Source: Macrostomum lignano
Taxonomy: Eukaryota
NCBI GenBank assembly: GCA_002269645.1
Contig: NIVC01000548.1
Location: 49,693-113,692 of the forward strand
Reading direction: 5' to 3'
DNA length: 64,000 nucleotides
In this document: piece after piece, positions 14,231 through 25,257 of the stretch
Layout: every line of letters begins with the position of its first letter
How positions within the stretch are numbered: position 1 is the stretch's first letter
The notes under the pieces: generated by a model
The model's input: only the letters and a program-made list of their open reading frames with translations
Databases searched by the model: none
Told to the model about the DNA's origin: nothing
Position numbers and translations under genes: made by a program

Positions 14231-14911
14231 GAAGCATGTTGAAAATGATGTTGAGCTACTATCCTTCTTAGTTGAGCAAAAACTAAAAAAACATTTTCAA
14301 ATAGTAGAAAAACAAAAAAAGTTAAAAAATGTGCTATAAAACAATAAATAAATATTAGTAATTCAAGGCATCAATCACAGGATACATTTTAATTAGTATT
14401 CATAACTAGGCTTTGAAATTGAAAACATATTATTCTCAAAAATCAATATGGTTTACACTGGATAATAGAAAGTAGTAAAACAAGTTATTTAAAATAAATT
14501 GAAAAAAATGATATAAGATCTATTTTGGAAAAGTGAAGTAATAATTATACAAAAGGTCATGCTTCAAAACTTCAAACTTTTTTACTTGAGTGGTGTTATG
14601 ATTTCTTTAATGTACTGGTATTGCAAAAATTCTATTTGATAAAAATATCAAAAAATATATTTGTTTTATATATTCTCTTATGGATTCACATTTGCATCTA
14701 ATTCTAAGTATATTATCATTTATAAAAGTTTCTTATAGCAAACAAAAATATTAAAAGTCATTGAAAAATGGTGCTAATTGTATATTTATAAGAAAATTAA
14801 TAACAAAGTTTATATTTTGGCAAAATGTCTTCAAGCAAAGCGTTTGTGTATTTTTTTATGTCTGCACTGATTTATATAAGGAGTTTTAATTGTGTTTTTT
14901 GCTAATTACAG

Positions 14912-17900
14912 TTGCATTTACAGTCCTGTGGTCCATCTGGCTATCTTGTTGCTGTGTCTCATCCAATAAAATTGAAGCCATGCTGTTTGGTACTTAAATT
15001 GCAACAAACTAGAGTCAATAGTGCAGGATATTGTTTCTGTCGAACAGAGAATGTTATTGTAACATGTGGTAGCAACCAACTGAATAGTTACAATGATTGT
15101 TATCAACAATTAGTGCAATGTTACAATAAACTGGCAATTGGAAATTGGCTAGATTTGTCTGATGGATTGCCTACCAAGCCGGTGAAGCTAACAATGGCTT
15201 CAGGTTCTGAGTATGGCTGTTGGCGACTTGAGCTTAATAGTGGTCATAATAATGCTGCGAAATTCCCAGACTGTGTACAAAATCTGGTAGCACCAGCTTC
15301 TTTGCAAATTGGCATTTCCTCTAGTAGCAGTGAGGCTGGAAACTGTAACTGCATTGTTGGACAATGCTCTACTTATCGAAGATTTATCAATGCGAAAGTG
15401 ACGTCACTGTCTCTGACTGAAGGATTTGCCTATGTCAATATTCTATCAGATCACTGCGAAGGCAGTGTGGCTGACTCTCAAGGTAAGACTGCGCTTTGAT
15501 GAGCTGATATGCACTTCAAAAGATGCACTTTATAGTTTGTTTTTTCTAGTGTTTATATGCTTGATTCTTGAAACCATGATATATAATCTTATCTTCAATC
15601 TCTATTCTCTCCCCTCCACTTTCCTTAGCTGCAGGTTAGTCTGTTGACACAGCGGAGAAACAAGGGCCACTCTCCCTACTTTCCCTTCTCTCATCCCCCC
15701 TTCATCTATTCTCTCCTTTCTACACCATTTCTACTAACTCCTCTTCCGTCTACCCTCTCTCCACTTTTCTTTCCTATCTCCCCTTTTTTGTCTACCTTGT
15801 CACCCATCTCCCCTATTTGCACTTTTAACAGGTGAGCCAGCCTTGCTAGCGCTATTCCCATCAACATCGACATCGTTGTCTCGAAGCATGGTTAACCGAA
15901 CAATTCAGCTTAGGAATGCTCATCTGTACACTGGATCAGCTTGTCAGGCAATAAAAATTGCAACTAACAATCGGATAGCAACGGTGATAGTTGCCTACGT
16001 GTACACTAGTCTGCATTGTCCAAAACATACTGACGAAAATGATAGTCAAGGAAATGACATTCATTCAAAAATTAATAATCAACATTGGTTAATTAGTGAA
16101 TTGTTATTCAACAGTGAAACTGATGACAATAGTTCGACTATTATTCGCCTATTGGCCTGGTCAATAACGCTTCAGTCTATTGATAGGTCATCAGATCGAG
16201 GCCTTCTAGTGGCACTTTGCAAAGCTCTGCTATCACTGTCGGCAATACCGGAGAAAGAGACAAGGATTCTTGCCTACCGACGTCAGTATCATAAACAATT
16301 AGTGGAAAAATTTGTTAAATTGCACAGATTATCGGATGCTATTAATCCAGTGCAGTTGCTATTGGCAACAACTATACCAACGGGCCTGTCCTTGGCTTCG
16401 GATAGTTCAAATTCCGTCATTCTTATTGGTCGGCGAATTGCATTCGATCCTATTGGAGAAAGACTGCGACTAGACTTTTTTACTACTAATAGTAATTCGT
16501 CTGTGGCTATGCGACTGATTCACGACGGTCCAGTTCGATTGAATCTATCAGCTCGAATGGTGCATTTAGTAGTGTTGAAATTGCCGATAGTTAGGGCTAG
16601 CTTAATCGATTGGGATGGCTCTATGCTGCTGTTAGTTCGGTGTTCTCATTTAGCTACGGCTGTGGCCTCGAAGATTAATCAGAGACAGCGTCGGCGAAGT
16701 CTTGGAACCGATTCAATTGAACTGACTGTGAACTCTTGTCACAGTGTTAGCGTTGGCTCATTCAGTCTGGCTGGAACGCTTAAAGCAGCTAGTAGTGATG
16801 GTGATGCTAATGAAAATCGTAGCAAACAGATTAAAGTGCTGATGGAGATGAGTGGAAGCGGTAAGATGGCTGCGTTCTTTTTGTAACATTAAAATTAATC
16901 ATAATTTAGTATTGTCTTTAAGGCCTATAGAGCCTATGAGGATTTTCTGTAGACTCTAGATCACTTTATGAGGATTGTCTGTAGACTCTAGATCACTTTA
17001 TGAGGATTGTCTATGTAGACTCTAGATCACTATATGAGGATTGTCTGTAGACTATAGATCACTATGAGGATTGTCTGTAGACTCTAGATCACTTTATGAG
17101 GATTGTCTGTAGACTCTAGATCACTATAAGGATTGTCTGTAGACTATAGATCACTATGAGGATTGTCTGTAGACTCTAGATCACTATATGAGGATTGTCT
17201 TTAGACTCTAGATCACTATATGAGGATTGTCTGTAGACTATAGATCACTATGAGGATTGTCTGTAGACTCTAGATCACTATATGAGGATTGTCTTTAGAC
17301 TCTAGATCACTATATGAGGATTGTCTGTAGACTATAGATCACTATGAGGATTGTCTGTAGACTATAGATCACTATGAGGATTGTCTGTAGACTATTGATC
17401 ACTTTATGAGGATTGTCTGTAGACTTGATCACTTTATGAGGATTGTCTGTAGACTATTGATCACTTTATGAGGATTGTCTGTAAACTATTGATCACTTTA
17501 TGAGGATTGTCTGTAGACTTTAGATCACTATATGAGGATTGTCTGTAGACTCCAGATCACTATATGAGGATTGTCTGTAGACTCTAGATCTTTTTTTGAG
17601 GATTGTCTGTAAACTATAGATCACTATGAGGATTGTCTGTTGACTCTAGAGATCGCTATATATGGGAACTGTCTAGAACTCTAGATCCCTCAGAATTAAG
17701 ACCTCCTAAGCCTCTTTAATCCTAATGAAGCCCAGTGGCCAATATGTTTCCATTGAAATTTTCTCTTACCTTATCTATTCGTTTGCGTTTTTACACAGCT
17801 TCAGTGCTGCGCGAACTGCTGCTGCCATCTGGTACATATAGAATTGTCTCTGACGAGATTTCTACCGATCAACATCTGGCAGCTAGTTCCCTAGCAACCA

Positions 17901-20737
17901 GCGAAACCGACTGTCTGACATCGGCAACTCCTTTATTAATTAGTTTGAAGCGGCGACCAATCAGCGTAGAGTGTGTTAAATTGCGCCAATCTGATTGGCT
18001 GACGCCCAGTCGCGCTCGGGTATCCAGGCATCTACGCTTGTTTGCTCTACGCGGACGATTATTGGACTTCGGCAACGATAGATCTGGTTGCCATGGCAAC
18101 GCTTGGCTTCTAATTGGTGATCCGATAGCCGACGAAGAAGCGGCTAGAGTGCAATTCTGCGCTCCGCTATCGAATATTAGACGTTTAGAGATGATTCAGC
18201 ATTTGGCTAGTTCGAATTTCCACGCCGAAGATGTCCTACTGTTGAATGTCAGCAGGCGCCAGTTCAATGACGCTGCAAATGGGGCTGCGAATGCTAAAAA
18301 ATCTGCGGAGTTGCTCTGCGTCTGCTCCGATATCAATCCTACCATTCATCTGTTGTCGGTTGGTGTCACTACTACATACCTACCAGTATATACAATCAGA
18401 AGCATGGTAAAGTTTCCTCTCAGCCCTGGTTTTGTCTCGCATAGAGACACCTAACCGCAGTACCCCTGTGAAACTTGTCTCCGCCTGGCTGAAAGCTTGT
18501 AATGAGTGAGTAGGCTGGGTTGGAGGGTAATAGTCGATCAGGAAGGGCTGTGGGTAGCTGTATAGGAAGGCAGGCCTATACCTGTTCCAGTTGGTGCTCT
18601 GACGGTCTCCCTCGGAGTGCCCTCTGAGCGAACAGCCAGCGACCCTATTAAAGCTGGAGTGCCAGGACCAGGACTGAGTCTGAGCAGGACGGGGCCGTTG
18701 GCACGGCCTAATAGAAATGGCGGGTTGGCGAAGCAAAGGGTGAAACTGTCTCGGCGATTAGCCCTCCTGCCGCTTCAAAGATAAGAGACTGTCTGGCAAG
18801 AGTACCCGGGGTTTAGTGGGTGGGGAGGCTCCTTCGGGTTGCCACGGCCGTGGGGGCGGTCATTTGACCGGTTTTTTGGCATTTCTAACCCTGGAGAAGG
18901 CACGGGCTTCCCTGATTGGTTCACTCAACCCCCTCTGGCACCGGGGAGGTTTTGATTTGAGCTTGGAGTAGGCTTAACGCCCCGAAGGCAGGGGGTAGGG
19001 CCCGCCCTTTGCCCGACTGGTGTTGCCTGCTCAGCTTGTTGGCCACAGTCACTCTCACTCTAGCTTAGAAACCTTGTGTACATTTGTACACTCCCAATCT
19101 GGAACCCAAATTATCTCTAGTGGCGTAAGAGCCTGCTCAATGGCTGAGGCGCCAGAATTACTTATTTAGTTAGTTAGTTAAAGTTTCCTCTCAGCCCCAA
19201 TTGGTGTAATTCACACCAGCACCACGCCCGTTGTCCTCGACCATTGAAAACGTTAACCGTGACCGGTAAAATCGCGAAAGAGTCATTGCAAGCAACTCAC
19301 TGGTGACTCTAGCGACTCTTGTGACTTTTTAACGACTAAAACAACTGCAATGTGACAGAAGCGACTGTTAAGTCACACGGGGTTGTAGCCTAGTGGTTAG
19401 AGCGTCGGACTTACGACTTGAAGGTCGGGGGTTCGATTCCCGATCCTACTCGGAACAATTTGTGTCCTTGAGCAAGACACCTTGCGTTGCTTCAGTTCAC
19501 TCAGCTGTAAAATGGGTGCCAGCATTAGCTGGGGTAATTGAGGCTGTGTAGCGACCCCCCCCCCCTCCTTGGACTGAACAGCCGTACGCAGCCTTCAGAT
19601 GCGCCGCGCAATAGCTGCGGCTGAGCTGTTGGTTGCACATCTGGCCCAATTGGGGCAGGTGTAATCAATTATTAATTATTATTATTGTCATCAGTCACGA
19701 GCGCATCACGTGAGTCGCAGAATTGTAAAAAGAGCCGCGAATTTGGAATCATTTTTGGTTTCGAGGTGGAAACGTTACCATGCTGCTGATGAGAGTAGCT
19801 AGTTGCGCATGCAATGTATAAAAGCAATTAACCGCCACTTTTACTAGGTGACCCGATCAGCCAATGGTCGACCAACGCGTCAAACAGCAGCCGTTGCTGA
19901 GAATCTTCATAGCGGTGAATACTTTGACAGCATCGGAGCTTTAATTGAATTCAATTTGACATCAGCTGTTGAGTCCGGTTTGGCTAACTGGTTTGACGAA
20001 GGTCGAGTATTTCAGTTGGACTGCTTTCTGTCCGCGGTCTGTCGATTTCAGGTGAGGCGATGGATTCTATGGCTTTTTCGATACATATCGGTAAACCACT
20101 TACTAAAAATCTTTAGGGGTATATGACACTCAAAATCACTAAATAAGTAAATAGAACCTCATATTCTACTTAATTTAGTAAGCGTAATTAGTAGTATATC
20201 CGCGCATTGTAATGCAAATTTCTCGCAAATTCGTAAATTTAAATTTTTGTGCAAAAATTATTTTATTCCTACTGTTCAGTAGCAAGTCAAAGACAGAAAT
20301 GATAAAATCTTCTGTTCCATTTTTTCCAGTTCCACCCGTCATCTTCAACGGCGCAGCCACCGCTTGCGGAAGCCTTCGTCCTGCTTCAGGATGGCACTCA
20401 ATCAGCTAGTCTGTCCTGTCGAGGCTTCTACACGATCTGCCGCCTGCTAGGATTCCCAAATAGGTTTGTTGATAGCGTAGCCAGTGCCAATCACGCTGTG
20501 GCTTATCGACGCTGCTGGGATGAAAATAGCGGAGGTGGCGGCGACGGGTCCTACCTGTCCGAGGTGCTGCGCTACCACCTGGAGAGCAGCCGGTGTCGCC
20601 GGCCTGTCCGCTTGCTGGTGCGGCTGCTGCGTCGTCAACCGCCTACCATGTTGCAGCTGACTGTTAGCGACCTGTTGCCAAGGCAACGGCTGCCGGACGT
20701 GTCTCTGGCCCTGTTGAGAGTGATGCACACTGGCTGA
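14912..20737 (+). CDS. CTC1: CTC1-like OB-fold protein (CST complex), ~940 codons, 5' end unresolved
   Basis: Exons 14912-15482, 15832-16860, 17799-18406, 19848-20051, 20330-20737; all GT-AG with consistent phases (1,1,0,0). AEAFVLLQDGTQSASLSCRG..ICRLLG and RRPVRLLVRL resemble the CTC1 C-terminal OB fold (IRLLVEDGTAEAVVTC..VAAALG; RPIVLSFEL). Family assignment is from recalled motifs only. Confidence 0.6.
16940..17690. repeat. 31-33-bp minisatellite (TATGAGGATTGTCTGTAGACTCTAGATCACT) in CTC1-like intron
   Basis: About 23 tandem units. Confidence 0.92.
18427..19178 (+). mobile_element. Non-autonomous non-LTR retroposon with (TTAG)n tail and 19-bp TSD
   Basis: TAAAGTTTCCTCTCAGCCC at both 18408-18426 and 19179-19197. 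Tail TTACTTATTTAGTTAGTTAGT. No ORF and no tRNA head. Confidence 0.8.
19225..19790 (+). repeat. Fragment of the GACTC/GAGTC-rich interspersed repeat, interrupted by a SINE
   Basis: Shares ACTCTTGTGACTTTTTAACGACT.AAAC.ACTGCAAT and GCAGAA..GTAAAA.GAG..GCGA with the copies at 32286 and 34586. Confidence 0.65.
19379..19686 (+). mobile_element. tRNA-derived SINE, full length
   Basis: A box TAGCCTAGTGG, B box GGTTCGATTCC, central TGTGTCCTTGAGCAAGACAC...CAGCTGTAAAATGGGT box (V-SINE/Nin-type core) and (TTA)n tail. Second copy at 54190. Confidence 0.85.
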
Positions 20738-20824
20738 GGCAGTGGGGTGCGGATTGATTAAGAATGGCTTGGTTGGCTATTAGATCTCGATTTTTTGCTC
20801 CAAAGATGCTGTAACTACATCTTC

Positions 20825-21190
20825 AGAAGCCTCCCAGATTCTCAGTGGCTAGGCCAGCCTCCCAGATCCTCACTTGCTATGCCAGCCTCCCAGAGTGTCA
20901 GTTGCTGGGCCAGCCTCTCAGATCCTCACTTGCTATGCCAGCCTCCCAGATGCTCAGTTGCTGGGCCAGCCTCCCAGATGCTCAGTTGCTGGGCCAGCCT
21001 CCCAGATGCTCAGTTGCTGGGCCAGCCTCCCAGATGCTCAGTTGCTGGGCCAGCCTCCCAGATCCTCAGTTGCTGGGCCAGCCTCCCAGATTGTCAGTTG
21101 CTCGGCCAGCCTTCCAGAGTGTCAGTTGTTGGGCCAGCCTCCCAGATTGTCAGTTGCTCGGCCAGCCTTCCAGAGTGTCAGTTGTTGGTC
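20825..21190. repeat. 29-bp minisatellite (GCCAGCCTCCCAGATGCTCAGTTGCTGGG)
   Basis: About 12 tandem units just downstream of the CTC1-like stop. Confidence 0.9.
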
Positions 21191-21579
21191 ACGCCTCCGC
21201 TACCCTTTCATATTCTTGTAAATTGTGCCAAGATTTTATTATTTACAATGTATCGCTAAATATTCGCTTGATTATACTTTCCGCTTAAAACCTTGGTTAA
21301 AACCTTAAAACAATATTGTTGTATATCTATAAGTAAACGTGTTGTTTAATTTAATTTAATTTAATTCAGTTCCCTAATGCTTTTATATTGCTGTTTTCAA
21401 GCAACACTAAGCATTTTTGTAGCACTTTAATTTTATTCAATTTGTCAAGTGTGCTATCTCTGTCTTACTTATTTTTTGCTTGCGAGCTGATTTATTACAC
21501 AAGAAGTTTCGGTATGTTTGACTTTGACTTTGAGTTGTTTAATCAAACATGTGGCTTAGATTAGTCAGATTAGAAATCA

Positions 21580-22280
21580 TCTCATTAGTCTCAGCTACTA
21601 TACTCATTAGTCAGATTAGCAATCAGGTCATTAGCCTCAGCTATACCTATATTAGTCAGATTAGCAATCAGCTCATTAGCCTCAGCTATACCTATATTAG
21701 TCAGATTAGCAATCAGCTCATTAGCCTCAGCTATACCTATATTAGTCAGATTAGCAATCAGCTCATTAGCCTCAGCTATACCTATATTAGTCAGATTAGC
21801 AATCAGCTCATTAGCCTCAGCTATACCTATATTAGTCAGATTAGCAATCAGCTCATTAGCCTCAGCTATACCTATATTAGTCAGATTAGCAATCAGCTTA
21901 TTAGCCTCAGCTATACCTATATTAGTCAGATTAGCAATCAGCTTATTAGCCTCAGCTATACCTATATTAGTCAGATTAGCAATCAGCTTATTAGCCTCAG
22001 CTATACCTATATTAGTCAGATTAGCAATCAGCTTATTAGCCTCAGGCATACTCCATTAGCCTCAGAATATCCATTAGTCAGGTAAGCAATCAGCTCATTA
22101 GCCTCAACTATACCCATTAGTCAGATCAGCAATCAGCTCATTAGCCTCAGGTATACCCATTAGTCAGGTAAGCAATTTGCTCATTAGCCTCAGGCATACC
22201 CATTAGTCAGGTAAGCAATTTGCTCATTAGCCTCAGGCATACCCATTAGTCAGGTAAGCAATTTGCTCATTAGCCTCAGC
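21580..22280. repeat. 45-bp minisatellite (TTAGCCTCAGCTATACCTATATTAGTCAGATTAGCAATCAGCTCA)
   Basis: About 15 tandem units. Confidence 0.92.
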
Positions 22281-22404
22281 TAGAATCCGTCTACACAAAA
22301 CACCTTTAAAAATGCTTAAGCATACTCAAAATTGCAGCGCAAGTCCTAAGCGCCCTAATAACAACCGCATCGATAGCCTCTCAAACAGCAACAATAAAAA
22401 AATC

Positions 22405-24121
22405 ATGTCTCGCTTCGTACTGGCTTTGTCTGGCCGCGCAACCGGCGCCTTCCTGACCGGCCGCGCCAGCCTGCAGTCACTCGGAGGTGCCGTTCGCAGC
22501 CTGAGCGGCGGTCACGGTCACCAAGTGGTTGAAAACACTACTAAAGAGAATTTCCTAGAGAAAGACATGGAATACCTTGACATGCACAAGGGCAAACAGT
22601 TTGGCGACTATGGCCTACCGGACGCTCTTGGTTACGCTGTCGGTCGGTCTAGACTGGAGAAGCTGGCCGAGATGGCTGGCAACGACCAGTTCTATGAGAC
22701 TAAACTGTACCGATTCTTCCCCAATACTAAGGAGAGGCCGCATCTCGTGCCCAGCCACAGTCACTATCGTCAGGTTGGCTGCCCGTGCCAGGAGACTTAC
22801 ACTTCCTACACCTTTCTGCATAAGGATGTTAATCAAAGGTATTATCGATTTTTTAAAATCCAATTCACACTGTCTAGTTTTTTTAGTTATGGGGTAAGGA
22901 TTGAGGGAATCCTCGCGCATTCTATGGGGAGGGGGAATCCTCGCGCATTCTATGGGAAGGGGAATCCTCGCGCATTCTATGGGAAGGGGAATCCTCGCGC
23001 ATTCTATGGGAAGGGGAATCCTCGCGCATTCTATGGGAAGGGGAATCCTCGCGCATTCTATGGGAAGGGGAATCCTCGCGCATTCTATGGGAAGGGGAAT
23101 CCTCGCGCATTCTATGGGAAGGGGAATCCTCGCGCATTCTATGGGAAGGGGAATCCTCGCGCATTTCGTTAGGGAATCCTCGCACATTTCGTTAGGGAAT
23201 CCTCGCGCATTTCGTTAGGGAATTCTCGCGCATTTCGTTAGGGAATCCTCGCGCATTTCGTTAGGGAATCCTCGCGCATTTCGTTAGGGAAACCTCGCGC
23301 ATTTCGTTAGGGAATCCTCGCACATTTCGTTAGGGATTCCTGGCGCATTTCGTTAGGGAATCCTCGCGCATTTCGTTAGGGAATCCTCGCGCATTTCGTT
23401 AGGGAATCCTCGCGCATTTCGTTAGGGAATCCTGGCGCATTTCGTTAGGGAATCCTGGCGCATTTCGTTAGGGAATCCTGGCGCATTTCGTTAGGGAATC
23501 CTAGCGCATTTCGTTAGGGAATCCTGGCGCATTTCGTTAGGGAATCCTGGCGCATTTCGTTAGGGAATCCTGGCGCATTTCGTTAGGGAATCCTGGCGCA
23601 TTTCGTTAGGGAATCCTGGCGCATTTCGTTAGGGAAATTCTCGCGCATTTCCATAGGGAAACCTCGCGCATTTCGTTAGGGAATCCTCGCGCATTCTATG
23701 GGGATCCTCGCAAATTCTTTTAAGGAAATTCTTAATAAGGCAATCTCGAAGCCAGGAAATCCTTGCTACTTCAGTGAACTCTTAACACCAATCTACATTT
23801 TCAATCGTGCCACTTCTCTGGCTCACCCACACCATCAGGTGCTACTGCGGCAACCACATGCGTCTAGTGTCGTACGACGAGTACTTCCAGGACCTGCGCA
23901 AGCGCATCACCGACTGCTACGAGGCCTACCACAAGCTGCCCGAAGGCAAGCGCTCCTTCGATCAGCTTGACGAAGAGTACCAGGTTCTGGTCTACAACTA
24001 CCCCATGGTTGTTGGCCCCATCGAACAGGGCAACCTAGAGGCCGCCCTGCCGCCGAAGACCTGGAAAGAGCTGGAAGACAGTCTTGGCAATCTGCGGTCA
24101 CCGTTGGTTAATTTGCATTGA
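22405..24121 (+). CDS. COX5B: Cytochrome c oxidase subunit 5B with C-terminal extension (238 aa)
   Basis: Exons 22405-22838 and 23839-24121 (phase 2). Basic/hydroxylated N-terminal presequence. LPDALGYAVG..RLEKLA..AGND, TKERPHLVPS..YRQVGCPC and HKDVNQR|CYCGNHMRL give the Zn-binding CxC...CxC of COX5B. Confidence 0.88.
22905..23710. repeat. Biphasic intronic minisatellite: 27-bp units, then 23-bp units (GTTAGGGAATCCT[C/G]GCGCATTTC)
   Basis: Unit switch at about 23165. Confidence 0.92.
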
Positions 24122-24639
24122 TGAACGGATTAATGGCTATAATCATAATGAAGACTAGACTAATTCAATTGACAAGAATAAACTGCTAAACACTTACTAA
24201 AGCACACGCGCAAGGTTCCCTCATAGTAGTATCTTAAACAACATTTTAACAAAATAAACATTTCTAAATTCAAATTATCTTTATCGTCTACTTATACGAT
24301 CCTAAATGTCAAGTAGTAATATATTGCGAATATTGTTGCTTAGTCTGGTAGAAAATCTATAGGAAGCCTCCCCCCTTCACGCATCATATTTGCTTCTGTT
24401 GTGCTCTTCTCTTTCTCCGTTCAATTTAAACTTAAAGTAGATTTTTTTCTAGAAATGGCCGGCCCCCTGGAACTCTAGTTGTCATCAACAACCAACTTGA
24501 TAAATTGTGTTGAAACAGCTAATAAGGCGCTGTTTCAGAAACTTTGGAGCATAAACTTTGAAAAATAAACATCTTGTTTTCAAACAGTTACTTTTTCTTT
24601 GACTTTATTTCAAGTATTTTCTTTGCGCGCCTCAAGCTA

Positions 24640-25152
24640 AGACACCGCAGCTTCCCAAATTTCCCAGAGAGTCTCATCCACCGCAGCTTCCCGAACCTCC
24701 CAGAGAGTCTCAGACACCACAGCTTCCCGAATCTCCCAGAGAGTCTCATCCACCGCAGCTTCCCGAACCTCCCAGAGAGTCTCAGACACCACAGCTTCCC
24801 AAATCTCCCAGAGAGTCTCAGACACCACAGCTTCCCGAATCTCCCAGAGAGTCTCAGACACCACAGCTTCCCGAATCTCCCAGAGAGTCTCAGACACCAC
24901 AGCTTCCCGAATCTCCCAGAGAGTCTCAGACACCACAGCTTCCCAAATCTCCCAGAGAGTCTCAGACACCACAGCTTCCCAAATCTCCCAGAGAGTCTCA
25001 GACACCACAGCTTCCCAAATCTCCCAGAGAGTCTCAGACACCACAGCTTCCCAAATCTCCCAGAGAGTCTCAGACACCACAGCTTCCCAAATCTCCCAGA
25101 GAGTCTCAGACACCACAGCTTCCCAAATCTCCCAGAGAGTCTCAGACACCAC
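24640..25152. repeat. 36-bp minisatellite (CACAGCTTCCCAAATCTCCCAGAGAGTCTCAGACAC)
   Basis: About 14 tandem units. Confidence 0.92.
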
Positions 25153-25257
25153 ATCTACTCAAATCCTGAAGTTGTGAGTATCTACCCCAGTAATTTTTAT
25201 AATTCTAAGCCTTTCGTGATACAAAGAGTTTTGCAACAAGCAGTCAATTAATCATTC

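Noticed and set aside
18427-19178. Hammerhead ribozyme core in the retroposon
   Set aside because: No CTGANGA...GAAA core found by eye on either strand; only an HDV-like fold remains untested.
19379-19452. Possible tRNA gene
   Set aside because: Weak anticodon and acceptor stems, and it continues into SINE core and tail; a second copy confirms a SINE.
20795-25251. Repeat-peptide ORFs at 20795-21288, 21549-22085, 22615-23218 and 24574-25251
   Set aside because: All are tandem-repeat translations with no independent coding signal.
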